Shown piece by piece: positions 43,324 to 51,391 of a stretch of 64,000 nucleotides of DNA. Location of the stretch: contig SVLQ01000003.1 of the NCBI GenBank assembly GCA_015067825.1, positions 35,944 to 99,943 on the forward strand, written 5' to 3'. The position numbers and the translations under genes are program-made. How positions within the stretch are numbered: the first letter of the stretch is position 1; the number at the start of each line of letters is the position of its first letter. The stretch comes from Oscillospiraceae bacterium. GTDB lineage: Bacteria > Bacillota > Clostridia > Oscillospirales > QAMX01. The notes under the pieces were generated by a model that was not told the origin of the DNA, did no database searches, and saw nothing but the letters and a program-made list of their open reading frames with translations.

Positions 43324-45852
43324 TTACTCGGACTTCTTGTACTCGGCGGAGAGGTCGTTGTTGTTCGCGGCAACATATTCGGCCCATTCAGCGTCGGTGT
43401 AGTTAACTTCGATGTATCTGAGACCACCGAAGCCCATGAAGGTGTGTTCTTCTTCGGAGAAGTAGGAGAACTTCGCGCCGAGGAAGGAGCCACCGCCGTC
43501 GGCGATCAGCATGACGGAACGGCTTTCCTTAATGGTGAGTTCTTCGAGAGCGGAGAGGATCATAAGTCTCGCTTCGACCGGGGCGTAGCCTTCGCTCCAG
43601 TTGTAGGTCTTGGCCTGGTTTTCGGTAGCGGCAAGACCGTTGAGGCAGTAGTACCAGTTCTGGACGCTCATCGTGATCTCTTCGCCCGCGCCTTCGTATT
43701 CGCCGGCCGGCATCTTGAGAGTCAGGTTGATAGCGGAGGTATCCCAGTACATATGGTAGTTGAGGTCATCGTCCGGGTTGACGAACGCGCCGATGATGTC
43801 GAACGGGTTGAACGCGTTGCCGGAGAAGCCGTAACCGAAGCCGATCTGGGTGTCACCGGAGCGGAACGCTTCGGCCCACTGGGCGCCGGCGGAGGCGTCA
43901 AAGACGACGTCAATCTTGCCTTCCAGGGCGGTGCCGGCGGTCAGACCGTCGAGAACATCCTGGAGGTAGCTGGCGCGGAATCTCTGCTTATCGGTGTCGG
44001 AAGAGGAACCGTAAACAAGGGTGATGTTCTTGGAGGCATCGTAGCCATACTCATCGGGGTTGGCGAGGAGGATGTCGATGGCTTCCTGCATCTTCTGTTT
44101 CGCGAGGGTCGGGTTGTAACCGGTCAGAGCGCTGTAAGCTTCGTCGGTGGTGAGGTTGGTGAGGTCGCCGCCGGACCACTTGCCGTCAGCATTCTGTTCG
44201 AAGCCGTAGGCGCGGAGGATGCCTTCCTTGGCGATGGTGGCGTTACGATACTGACCACCGTCGGCGAGTTCAGGCGAGTTTTCGATGTCATAGTAGTAAG
44301 CAACATTCAGCAGACCGAAGCAGGGAACAGCAGAACCCGGCCAGATCTTTTCAACGATGTCGCTGCGGTTCAGACCGAGGTTGAACGCATGTCTGAATTC
44401 CTGGATCGCGAGGATACCGTTGTTGTTTTCGCTGTTCTTCAGCTTGGTGAGGTCGCTGAAGAGCTGCATACCGAAGGTACCGGTAGAGGTCGAGGTGAAG
44501 TAAACGTACTTGGAGTCGAGGTATTCGGCGACGTTTTCGGTCTGGAGGGAAGCGTCGTCGTAGGAGCCGTTCAGGAAGCCCATCCACTTGGTGGCGAATT
44601 CTTCGACCTTACGGCAGTTGATGGCGCTGACGTTGTACTGGTTCTTGTACTGGTCCATGTTCCAGCCGTACCAGTTTTCGTTCTTAACGAGCTTGTAGTG
44701 AGAACCGGCTTCAAACTCAACGAGTTTGTACGGGCCCCAGCTGGCGGTCGTTTCGAGCGAGGAGTTGTAGTTGGAGGTCCAGAGGGTCGCGCCGTCGGCC
44801 GGAGCGATCTTGGAGGCTTCATACTTCGCCTGGTGGACAACCGGGAGGCTGGAGAAGTAGTACGGAGCCCAAACGGAGAGGCTGCCGTCTTCCTTCAGGA
44901 AGGAGTAGGTCTTGTCGAGGCAGAGAACGATAGCGTTTTCTTCGGGGATCGCGTAGATACCAACGTTTTCCCAAGCGACGTTACGGTCTTTGTTTTCGAC
45001 GTAGATAGCAGCGTCGTAGCCAGCGCCGACACCGACTTCGGTGTAGTCAGCGTAGCCAGCCCACAGATCCGCACCGGAGATCGGGTCGGAACCGTCAGCG
45101 TTGTTGTAAACGGTCGTATCGTCGATAGCGGCCCATTCCGGAGCTTCGTTGCCTTCAGCATCCAGATAACCGGCGGCGCCCCACATGTTCCAAAGGTTCA
45201 CGTACAGCTTCTGGCCGGCGTCGATGGCTTCCTGGTTGGAGCCGTAGCCGAGGCTCGCGACGGTCTCATAAGTACCTTCCTGGTTCTGGAAGAAGTAGGT
45301 CTTAGAGTTCTTGATCATCAGGGTGTCGTAGTAGGTGTTGGCGCGGAAGTTCATGAAGGCCGGGTCGAGCAGCTGCTTCATCGAGTATTCGAAGTCAGCG
45401 GCGGTGATGGCCGTGCCGTCGTCCCACTTCAGGTCATCGCGAAGGGTGATCTTCCAGGCGTAGCCGCCTTCAGCCTTCTGTTCATCGGTGTAGCCCCACT
45501 TCGCATCGACGGTCGAGGTAACGTCCTCGAGCTTGGTCGCGGCGGAGTAGTTGGTGGTGTAGGCACCGGAAACGAGGCCGGCCTTGTTGATGGTACCGTC
45601 ATCGTTGAACTTTTCGTCGTTTTCGAATTTGTAGTCATATTCGAAGAACGAAGAACCAATGTAGCTCATGATCTGAGTATCATTGTTGTCAGCGTAGGTG
45701 AACTCGTTCCAGTTGCTGGGCATGACGGACGTCGTCGTGTTGTATTCTGCCTGCTTGAGGTTGGCGTCGGGGATTTCTTTGGTACCGCAACCCGCGAAGA
45801 TCGCCGCAACAAGCACCAGACACAAACACATAGAAATGAGTCTGCGGGTCAT
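43324..45852 (-). CDS. oppA: Family-5 (OppA/DppA-like) extracellular solute-binding lipoprotein, unusually large (~842 aa)
   Basis: Likely start is ATG at complement 45852 (RBS AGGAGGAG). Lipobox LVAAIFAGC|G. SBP_bac_5-like core with extra segments. Confidence 0.8.
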   Translation of the reverse strand: MTRRLISMCLCLVLVAAIFAGCGTKEIPDANLKQAEYNTTTSVMPSNWNEFTYADNNDTQIMSYIGSSFFEYDYKFENDEKFNDDGTINKAGLVSGAYTTNYSAATKLEDVTSTVDAKWGYTDEQKAEGGYAWKITLRDDLKWDDGTAITAADFEYSMKQLLDPAFMNFRANTYYDTLMIKNSKTYFFQNQEGTYETVASLGYGSNQEAIDAGQKLYVNLWNMWGAAGYLDAEGNEAPEWAAIDDTTVYNNADGSDPISGADLWAGYADYTEVGVGAGYDAAIYVENKDRNVAWENVGIYAIPEENAIVLCLDKTYSFLKEDGSLSVWAPYYFSSLPVVHQAKYEASKIAPADGATLWTSNYNSSLETTASWGPYKLVEFEAGSHYKLVKNENWYGWNMDQYKNQYNVSAINCRKVEEFATKWMGFLNGSYDDASLQTENVAEYLDSKYVYFTSTSTGTFGMQLFSDLTKLKNSENNNGILAIQEFRHAFNLGLNRSDIVEKIWPGSAVPCFGLLNVAYYYDIENSPELADGGQYRNATIAKEGILRAYGFEQNADGKWSGGDLTNLTTDEAYSALTGYNPTLAKQKMQEAIDILLANPDEYGYDASKNITLVYGSSSDTDKQRFRASYLQDVLDGLTAGTALEGKIDVVFDASAGAQWAEAFRSGDTQIGFGYGFSGNAFNPFDIIGAFVNPDDDLNYHMYWDTSAINLTLKMPAGEYEGAGEEITMSVQNWYYCLNGLAATENQAKTYNWSEGYAPVEARLMILSALEELTIKESRSVMLIADGGGSFLGAKFSYFSEEEHTFMGFGGLRYIEVNYTDAEWAEYVAANNNDLSAEYKKSE

Positions 45853-45901
45853 TGTTTTCTCCTCCTGTGAAGAATATTTTTTCTTGTTATCCAAGCAGTC
45901 A

Positions 45902-45943
45902 TTTCGTTGTAATCATGCCAGAACCCGCGTGATTACAACGAAA
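45902..45943. promoter_or_regulatory. 14-bp perfect inverted repeat upstream of oppA
   Basis: TTTCGTTGTAATCA (45902-45915), 14 nt, TGATTACAACGAAA (45930-45943), 50-90 nt upstream of the oppA ATG. Confidence 0.45.
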
Positions 45944-46343
45944 AACCACATAGAAAACATGGATACGATAATTGTAGCATATAAACTGTTGTTTGTCAAC
46001 CGTCGTTCGTAATTTAATGTCAGTTTTCGTCGTATTTTATGCACTGGTTTAGCAAAATAAAGTGGAAAAGCGGCAAGGGCAGGCCGAAAAAGCAACAATA
46101 ATTGAAACATTCGTTTTCGGCTGAAAAAAGCGGGAAGCGGAGCTTTGTATGGCGGCAATAATATCAAATGGACGCTGCTTTTGCTCGCTCATGATACTCT
46201 TAAAACACATGCAAATGAAAGAACACCCCGAAAACAGAAGCTTATTCGCTCAAACAAAAAGTGAAACCGGATGCATTGCGTATAAATCACCATGTATTAC
46301 AAATAATAGGATCACGATCTGAATTCAGAGGAGATTTGTATAT

Positions 46344-46880
46344 ATGAAAGCAACAGGTATTGTACGCCGTATCGACGACCTTGGACGTGTCGTGATCCCC
46401 AAAGAGATCCGCCGTGTGCTCCGCATCCGCGACGGCGATCCGATGGAGATCTTTACGAACCGCGAAGGCGAAGTGATCTTCAAGAAGTATTCGCCCGTCG
46501 GCGAACTGACACCGTTTGCCCAGCAGCTCTGCGAGACGATGGCCAAGACGACGGGCTATACCGTCGCGATCTGCGACCGCGACGCCGTGATTGCCTCTGC
46601 CGGACCGCAAAAAAAGGCGCTGACCGAGAAGAAGGTCAGCGCGGAGCTGGAGGCGGTGATGAAGGAACGCAAGCCGCATTTTGCGGAAACGCGCGGCGGC
46701 GGTGTACCGGTCGCTGATGGCAGCGAGGTCAAGGCTATGGCAGCGATCCCGGTGATCGTGCTCGGCGACATCACGGGATGTGCGCTGATGATCGGCGGCG
46801 AAAACGACGTCTGCACGGATACCGAGCGCAAGCTCTGCCAAAGCGTTGCGCTGTTTCTGGGCAAGCAGCTGGACGAATAG
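46344..46880 (+). CDS. spoVT: Stage V sporulation protein T (AbrB-type N-terminus + GAF-like C-terminus)
   Basis: 178 aa. MKATGIVRRIDDLGRVVIPKEIRRVLRIRDGDPMEIF. Confidence 0.92.
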   Translation: MKATGIVRRIDDLGRVVIPKEIRRVLRIRDGDPMEIFTNREGEVIFKKYSPVGELTPFAQQLCETMAKTTGYTVAICDRDAVIASAGPQKKALTEKKVSAELEAVMKERKPHFAETRGGGVPVADGSEVKAMAAIPVIVLGDITGCALMIGGENDVCTDTERKLCQSVALFLGKQLDE

Positions 46881-47429
46881 TCAGCAGGGCAGCCGCGTGA
46901 GCAAAATTTGGGCGACTACGCCGCAAATACCGCCGGAAACGACCGACAGCAAAAGCAGGTACGGCAGGTACGCCGTGAACAGCAACGGCTCGGCAAGCAC
47001 GATCGCGGCAGCGGCGATCTGACCGACCATGTGCATGGCGGCGGCAAGGATCGATGTGCCGACGGGCGAAACGTGCGGCAGCCGAAAGACCACGCACGAA
47101 ACCAAAACCGCCAGCGTGCCGCCGCTGATGCTGAGCAAAGCGGAGATCGGCGAGCCGAACAGGAGCGCACCGAGCGCCAGCCGCAAAAACTGCACGGTGA
47201 GCGCATTTGCGATCCCGAAGCGGTAGAGCGCAAACAGGACGATGACGTTGGCGAGTCCGAGTTTGAAGCCGGGAATGGGCAAGGGGAGTGCTGCCATCAG
47301 CGGACGCTCCAGCCAGGAGACGATCAGCGCGGCGGCCACGAACATGGCCGAAACCGCCACTCTGCGGACAGTCGGTTTAGTAGACAACGGCATCCACCTC
47401 CGTTTCTCCCGTACCGACGATGCGGACAA
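46881..47429 (-). CDS. Gx-transporter / heptaprenyl-diphosphate-synthase-component-I-like membrane protein
   Basis: About 5 TM helices; ...PGFKLGLANVIVLFALYRFG... The start is uncertain (47429 or ATG at 47393). Its stop codon abuts the spoVT stop. Confidence 0.55.
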   Translation of the reverse strand: MSASSVREKRRWMPLSTKPTVRRVAVSAMFVAAALIVSWLERPLMAALPLPIPGFKLGLANVIVLFALYRFGIANALTVQFLRLALGALLFGSPISALLSISGGTLAVLVSCVVFRLPHVSPVGTSILAAAMHMVGQIAAAAIVLAEPLLFTAYLPYLLLLSVVSGGICGVVAQILLTRLPC

Positions 47430-47778
47430 CGATTTGGTTGGGCAGGCAGACGAGCATTTGCCCGGAGCTGCGGATCGCTCCCGTTCGCACGCAGAACCGA
47501 TCGGGGCAATCGGCGTCCTCGATGCGGACGCTGCCGGATTCGATCACAACGGTCAAATGTCCGTCAATGAGATACGATCCGTCCTTCGCAAGAGGGAATG
47601 CTTCCGCCGGGGCAGAACCGACGGTAACCTCGACGTGAGCCGCCGCTTCACCGCGCAGGCCGAGCAGGAATAAAACAACAGCCGCCAGCAAAATGAGACA
47701 AACGATGAAAAGGTCGCCTGATTTCAGGCGGCCTTTTTTGTCGGATCGTTTGGACGGATCAGCAATGACACGGTTCAT
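47377..47778 (-). CDS. NusG domain II-containing (DUF1312-like) membrane-anchored protein
   Basis: 133 aa with an N-terminal TM helix. ...DGHLTVVIESGSVRIEDADCPDRFCVRTGAIRSSGQMLVCLPNQIVVRI. Overlaps the rnfB 3' end by 20 nt. Confidence 0.65.
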   Translation of the reverse strand: MNRVIADPSKRSDKKGRLKSGDLFIVCLILLAAVVLFLLGLRGEAAAHVEVTVGSAPAEAFPLAKDGSYLIDGHLTVVIESGSVRIEDADCPDRFCVRTGAIRSSGQMLVCLPNQIVVRIVGTGETEVDAVVY

Positions 47779-48559
47779 AGCGTTGGATACAGCCGACCGG
47801 GCAGCCTTCGACGCACTTGCCGCAGCCGATACATTTGGAGTATTCGATCACGGCGGTGTTGCCGTGAACCTTGATCGCACCGGATTCGCAGACTCTCTCG
47901 CACTTCTTGCAGGCGATGCAACCGTTTTTGCAGGTGAGGCGCGTTTCCTTGCCGGAGGCTTTGGAGCTGCAGGTGACGAATTCCGTCGAGTTTTTGGGGC
48001 GCGGCAGGATCATGTGCTTGGGGCAGGTACGGGCGCAGAGCAGACAGCCCGTGCACTTGTGCGGGTCGATCTCGGCGCAGCCGTTGGTAACGGTGATCGC
48101 GCCGTACGCGCAGACCTTCGCGCAGTCGCCAAAGCCGAGGCAGCCGTCCAGACACGAGCTGCGCCCTCCGTAGAACTGCGACGATGCCGCGCAGGAGAGA
48201 ACGCCCTTGTATTCGTACTTGTCACGCGTGACGTCGTAATGGCCGCGGCAGGCGACGAACGCGATCTGTTCCTCGACGGCCTGGAACGCTACACCCGTGA
48301 TCTCGCTGATCGCCTTGGCAGATGCCATACCGCCGGGAACGCAGAGGTTGGGGGCGAGCTTTTCCGTAACCGCCTTTTTGGCGTATTCGTCGCATCCGGC
48401 AAAACCGCAGAGACCGCAGTTGAGCCCGGGCAGCGCATCGCGCACCTTCAGCTCGTCATCGGTCTGCTGGCCGGGAAATTTGCGGGAGAGGTAGGTGAGC
48501 AGGATGCCGGCGATGAGCGCCAGGCCGACAAACAATAACAGCGGAAGCAAATATTCCAT
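47759..48559 (-). CDS. rnfB: Rnf complex subunit B (polyferredoxin)
   Basis: N-terminal TM helix, CGLCGFAGCDEYA, and several CxxCxxCxxxCP motifs. Confidence 0.9.
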   Translation of the reverse strand: MEYLLPLLLFVGLALIAGILLTYLSRKFPGQQTDDELKVRDALPGLNCGLCGFAGCDEYAKKAVTEKLAPNLCVPGGMASAKAISEITGVAFQAVEEQIAFVACRGHYDVTRDKYEYKGVLSCAASSQFYGGRSSCLDGCLGFGDCAKVCAYGAITVTNGCAEIDPHKCTGCLLCARTCPKHMILPRPKNSTEFVTCSSKASGKETRLTCKNGCIACKKCERVCESGAIKVHGNTAVIEYSKCIGCGKCVEGCPVGCIQRYEPCHC

Positions 48560-48582
48560 CGGGGTGCTCCTTTCCTGTTGGT

Positions 48583-49170
48583 TCAGCCGATCAGACCGGC
48601 AAAGCCTGCAAACGACAGGCTGACGATCGACGCTGCGATCAGCGCCGAGGGGATCCCGCGGAAGGCCTTGGGAATGTCGCAGGTCTCCAGCTTTTCGCGC
48701 ACGCCGGAGAACATCACCAGCGCAACAGAGAAACCGATGCCGGCGCCGAAGGCGTTGACGATCGACTCAATAAAGCCGTAGTTGTTGTCGATGTTCAAAA
48801 TCGTCACGCCGAGCACGGCGCAGTTGGTGGTAATCAGCGGCAGATAAACGCCGAGGGAAGCGTAGAGCGAGGGCAGAACGCGCTTCAAAACGATTTCAAC
48901 GACCTGAACGAGCGTTGCGATGATCAGGATAAACGCGATGATCTTCAGATAGCTCATCCCGAAGGGATCTAATATATAATGGAAGATCGGCCAAGTGACG
49001 GCGGCGGAAAGCGTCATGACGAAGGTGACCGCGCCGCTCATGCCGAGTGCGCTCGAGGTCTTTTTGGAAACGCCGAGGAAAGGGCAGCACCCTAAAAACT
49101 TGGAGAGAACGAAGTTATCCACGAAAATCGAACCAACCAGAATGACGGCAATGCTTTTCCAAAGTTCCAT
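48583..49170 (-). CDS. rnfA: Rnf complex subunit A
   Basis: 195 aa, 6 TM helices. ...NFVLSKFLGCCPFLGVS... Confidence 0.9.
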   Translation of the reverse strand: MELWKSIAVILVGSIFVDNFVLSKFLGCCPFLGVSKKTSSALGMSGAVTFVMTLSAAVTWPIFHYILDPFGMSYLKIIAFILIIATLVQVVEIVLKRVLPSLYASLGVYLPLITTNCAVLGVTILNIDNNYGFIESIVNAFGAGIGFSVALVMFSGVREKLETCDIPKAFRGIPSALIAASIVSLSFAGFAGLIG

Positions 49171-49838
49171 CAGACAGCCTCCTTTTCACAGGCCTTGGCG
49201 CAGGCCGAAGCCGCCGGACATCCGCTGCAGCCGACCTTTTGCTTCGACAGTCGGTATCCGCTGAGGGCGTTGATCGCGGCGGTGATCAGTCCGAGGACGA
49301 AGAAACCGCCTGCCGGCAGGATGAAGAAGAGCATTCCCGAAGCGTCCTCACCGGCGAAATGAAGACCAAACCAGCTCAGATTGCCGATGATCTCGCGCAC
49401 CGTGCTGATCAGGAGCAGGGAACCGGTAAACCCGAGCCCCATGCCCAGCCCGTCGACGATCGATGCACCGACCGGATTTTTTGAGGCGAACATCTCGGCT
49501 CGGCCGAGGATGATGCAGTTGACAACGATCAGCGAGAGAAACAAGCCTAAAGATTCGTAGAGCGTAGAGAGGTATGCTTCCATTAATAAAGAGATCGCGG
49601 TGACGAAGCCGGCGACGATGACGATATACGAGGGCAGACGCACTTCCTTGGGGATCACGTTGCGCAGCGCCGAGATCGCCGCATTGGAGCAGATCAGAAC
49701 GGCCGTCGTCGCAAGTCCCATGCCGACGGCGTTTTCCGCCATCGTGGTCACGGCGAGCGAGGGGCACATGCCGAGCAATAACCGCAGGTTGGGGTTTTCA
49801 TTGAACATGCCGTTCAAAAGGATTTTTTTGTACTGCAT
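49170..49838 (-). CDS. rnfE: Rnf complex subunit E (with a Cys-rich C-terminal tail)
   Basis: Likely start is ATG at complement 49838 (RBS GAAGGAGGGAG). MQYKKILLNGMFNENPNLRLLLGMCP. The tail is ...GCSGCPAASACAKACEKEAV. Confidence 0.88.
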   Translation of the reverse strand: MQYKKILLNGMFNENPNLRLLLGMCPSLAVTTMAENAVGMGLATTAVLICSNAAISALRNVIPKEVRLPSYIVIVAGFVTAISLLMEAYLSTLYESLGLFLSLIVVNCIILGRAEMFASKNPVGASIVDGLGMGLGFTGSLLLISTVREIIGNLSWFGLHFAGEDASGMLFFILPAGGFFVLGLITAAINALSGYRLSKQKVGCSGCPAASACAKACEKEAV

Positions 49839-49855
49839 TGTCTCCCTCCTTCGTG

Positions 49856-50416
49856 TTATTGCGCCGACCATTCGGCGTAGGCATCCATTGCCGCGTTGAC
49901 CGCGACGATCACGGCCTTCGACGATTTTGTCGCGCCGGTAACGGTATCGACCTTGACACCCGTTTTGCCGTCAGCCGAGAAATACTCGCCGCCGACAAAG
50001 CGGTTTAAGAACGAATCGCTCCCGGTTCGCGAACCGACACCGGGCGTTTCCGTGCTTTTCAGAATCCGTACCCCAACGACCTTGCCGTCCGCTCCGATGC
50101 CGACGAGCACGCGGATCGGCGAGGAGTCGTACTGCCCGCTGCTGAGGGCGGTGATCAGGTAACCGGCGTTTGTTTTAACGACCTGAACGGCCGTCCCTTT
50201 TTCTTCGGGGATCCCGCTTTCGGTCGGGTAGAGGAGTTCAAATTCGGTAGCGTCCGGCAGGATCGCAAGGTAGTCTTCTTTCAGCGATTCAACGACCTCG
50301 GCGGGGTCCATGATCATCGCCTGTGAAGTGAAATGGTTGATAACCGCCAGCAGTCCGCCGACTGCCGCGCAGATACAAAGCAAAACGAGTGTTGGGCGGA
50401 GAGTTTCTTTTTTCAT
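49856..50416 (-). CDS. rnfG: Rnf complex subunit G (FMN-binding)
   Basis: 186 aa. N-terminal TM helix, and TVTGATKSSKAV (flavinylation motif). Confidence 0.88.
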   Translation of the reverse strand: MKKETLRPTLVLLCICAAVGGLLAVINHFTSQAMIMDPAEVVESLKEDYLAILPDATEFELLYPTESGIPEEKGTAVQVVKTNAGYLITALSSGQYDSSPIRVLVGIGADGKVVGVRILKSTETPGVGSRTGSDSFLNRFVGGEYFSADGKTGVKVDTVTGATKSSKAVIVAVNAAMDAYAEWSAQ

Positions 50417-50452
50417 ACGTGCGCACCGTGCTTTCTTTCGATTTGTAGTCGC

Positions 50453-51370
50453 TTATGCGCCGAAGGGACGCGGACGGACGTAACGGTCGATCAGCGGTGT
50501 GAGGATGTTCATCAGCAGGATCGCAAACGAAACACCTTCCGCATAAGCGCCGAACGAGCGGATCACGGCGGTCACCAGACCGCAGCCGAGCGCAAAGATC
50601 ACTTTGCCCGCCTTCGTCACTGGGGTGGTCGAATAGTCGGTCGCCATAAAGATCGCACCCAACAGCAGACCGCCGGAAAGGATGGAGTAGAGCGGGTCGG
50701 CACCGAAGAGCCAGCAGAGCAGGGTGGTCGAGCCGATGTAGCAGAGCGGAATCAGCGGCGAGATCACGCGGCGGACGACCAAATAGATGCCGCCGACGAG
50801 CAGCGCGAGCGCACAGGTCTCGCCGAAGCAGCCTCCGCGCTGACCGATGAACATTTCCCAAAGCGAGGGGAGAACCGCATTTTCCTGCATCGGTGTCGCC
50901 GTCGTCACGGCATCGGCCGCGCTGCGCCATGCACCGGGGGCGGTGTAGGCAGTCATATGCGAGGCAAACGAGAGGAAGAGAACGATACGGGCGACGATGG
51001 CGGGATTGGCGAAGTTCTGGCCGATGCCGCCAAAGAGCTGTTTGGTGAAAACGATGGCAAAGATCGCACCGATCGGCAGGAGCCACAGCGGTGCGGTCGA
51101 CGGCAGGTTGAAGGCGATCAGCATCCCGGTGACCACGGCGCTGAGGTCGGAGATCGTACTTTGACGGCGGAAGAGCTTTTGCGCGCCCCATTCACAGCCA
51201 ACGCAGCAGATCACGCTGATCGCGGTCATCAAAAGCGTCCGTGGCCCAAACCACCAGACCGATGCTGCCAGCGACGGGCAAAGTGCTATCATCACGTCGA
51301 GCATGATGCGGGTGGTCGTGGTTGGGGATTTTATATGCGGAGATGAGGTGACGACGAAGGAATGTTCCAT
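50453..51370 (-). CDS. rnfD: Rnf complex subunit D
   Basis: 305 aa polytopic. ...SSPHI..., FMATDYSTTP. Confidence 0.9.
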   Translation of the reverse strand: MEHSFVVTSSPHIKSPTTTTRIMLDVMIALCPSLAASVWWFGPRTLLMTAISVICCVGCEWGAQKLFRRQSTISDLSAVVTGMLIAFNLPSTAPLWLLPIGAIFAIVFTKQLFGGIGQNFANPAIVARIVLFLSFASHMTAYTAPGAWRSAADAVTTATPMQENAVLPSLWEMFIGQRGGCFGETCALALLVGGIYLVVRRVISPLIPLCYIGSTTLLCWLFGADPLYSILSGGLLLGAIFMATDYSTTPVTKAGKVIFALGCGLVTAVIRSFGAYAEGVSFAILLMNILTPLIDRYVRPRPFGA

Positions 51371-51391
51371 AAATACGCGCTCCTCCTCTGG

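Noticed and set aside
45913-46167. The 84-aa ORF (and the overlapping 45698..46012 ORF) in the oppA/spoVT intergenic region.
   Set aside because: It has no RBS. It is an A/T-rich region where ORFs arise by chance, and the sequence is hydrophobic and basic with no motif. The region is more plausibly regulatory DNA.
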